Made by a program: the position numbers and the translations under genes
The notes under the pieces: generated by a model
The model's database searches: none
What the model saw: the letters and a program-made list of their open reading frames with translations, nothing else
Told to the model about the DNA's origin: nothing
Shown here: piece by piece, positions 63,346 through 64,000 of the stretch
Position numbering within the stretch: position 1 is the first letter of the stretch
How the letters are laid out: every line of letters starts with the position of its first letter
Assembly: GCF_036321535.1 (NCBI RefSeq)
Contig: NC_087437.1
Location: 62,250,001 to 62,314,000 of the forward strand
Direction: 5' to 3'
DNA from: Camelus dromedarius
Lineage: Eukaryota
Length of the DNA stretch: 64,000 bases

Positions 63346-63699
63346 CCTCAGGAGGACACCAGCTTGCCAGCCGCTCTGAGGCAGGGAGTAGAAGCCCTGT
63401 GTCTCAGACTGAGACTGCGCCTCGGCCAGCCCCGTCGGTCAGAGGGGGACAGAGCACGGCCCACTGGTCCTCCACCAACCGAGGGACGTTCACAGATGTG
63501 ACCAGAAGTGTTACTTCCCATCCTCAAGTTGTGAACTCTTCAGTTTGGAGCCAGTTCTCGGCCTCTGCCCCACAGTCTAGAGGAAGTGACACAGCGCTGG
63601 GTGACAGGAGTTCCTCTGAGCCGGCCACCGAGTCCTTGTCTTCATCTTCATCTTCCTCAGAAAGCCTGGACTCCTGGGCACCACGTGGGGAACGCTGGA
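63346..63699 (+). CDS. HEG1: HEG1 exon 5 (354 nt, phase 1-1): TSGGHQLASRSE...SQTET...TALGDRSSSE...APRGERW
   Basis: tttcag| acceptor and |gtgagt donor. Resembles recalled human HQLASSSE...SQTET...TALGDRSYSE...APRGERS. The gene continues beyond the window. Confidence 0.93.
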
Positions 63700-64000
63700 G
63701 TGAGTCTCCACTTCACAGAGCCGCACCCCACTGAAGGGAGGGGGGCCTACCAGGCCAGGGCCTTCTGCAGCATTAATGAAACAGCTCCTGCAGGCCCCTC
63801 ATTATTCCCAGGCCTTCCTTCCAGCTGTTGATACACATATAGCAGTATATCCCCATTGTTTCTTTTATGTCTCCAAGATGCTGCTGTGGCCGCCTGCCCC
63901 TCCCACGCACAGCTCAGGGACTTCTCTGTCTGTGTCCTTCTGCTCCCTACAGCCCACCCCGCACGCCCACACCTGCCTCAATCACACAGCTTCTGGAAGG

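Noticed and set aside
1..64000. A novel multi-gene system, CRISPR array or prokaryotic-type element
   Set aside because: The window is explained by two known spliced mammalian genes plus common repeats. I saw no repeat-spacer array or unexplained long coding region.

Overview
Mammalian genomic DNA, most likely a camelid (alpaca, llama or camel), judged from tRNA-Ala-like Vic-1-type SINEs and cetartiodactyl-type L1 3' ends. Two genes lie on the + strand. The first is the 3' end of SLC12A8: penultimate exon 2914-2974, last coding exon 6232-6394 and the 3' UTR. After about 22 kb of repeat-rich intergenic DNA comes the 5' part of HEG1 (heart of glass): a CpG-island promoter, exon 1 CDS 28454-28640, a 25.6-kb intron 1, and exons 2-5 (54271-54558, 56217-56516, 61914-62267, 63346-63699), which encode the signal peptide and the Ser/Thr-rich mucin-like ectodomain. 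The five exons splice into one open frame and the gene continues past the window. The rest is L1, L2, MIR, MLT/ERVL LTRs, hAT/Tigger/mariner DNA-transposon fossils and simple repeats. Nearly all ORFs in the supplied track are spurious. I found no evidence for a new multi-gene system. The best leads are a roughly 40-codon shorter HEG1 exon 1, two AUG-stop elements just upstream of the HEG1 start, a signature of exon duplication across HEG1 exons 2-5, candidate intronic enhancers, and several young or nested retroinsertions with clear target-site duplications (TSDs). Gene and repeat names, and all comparisons with human sequence, come from recall rather than a database search.
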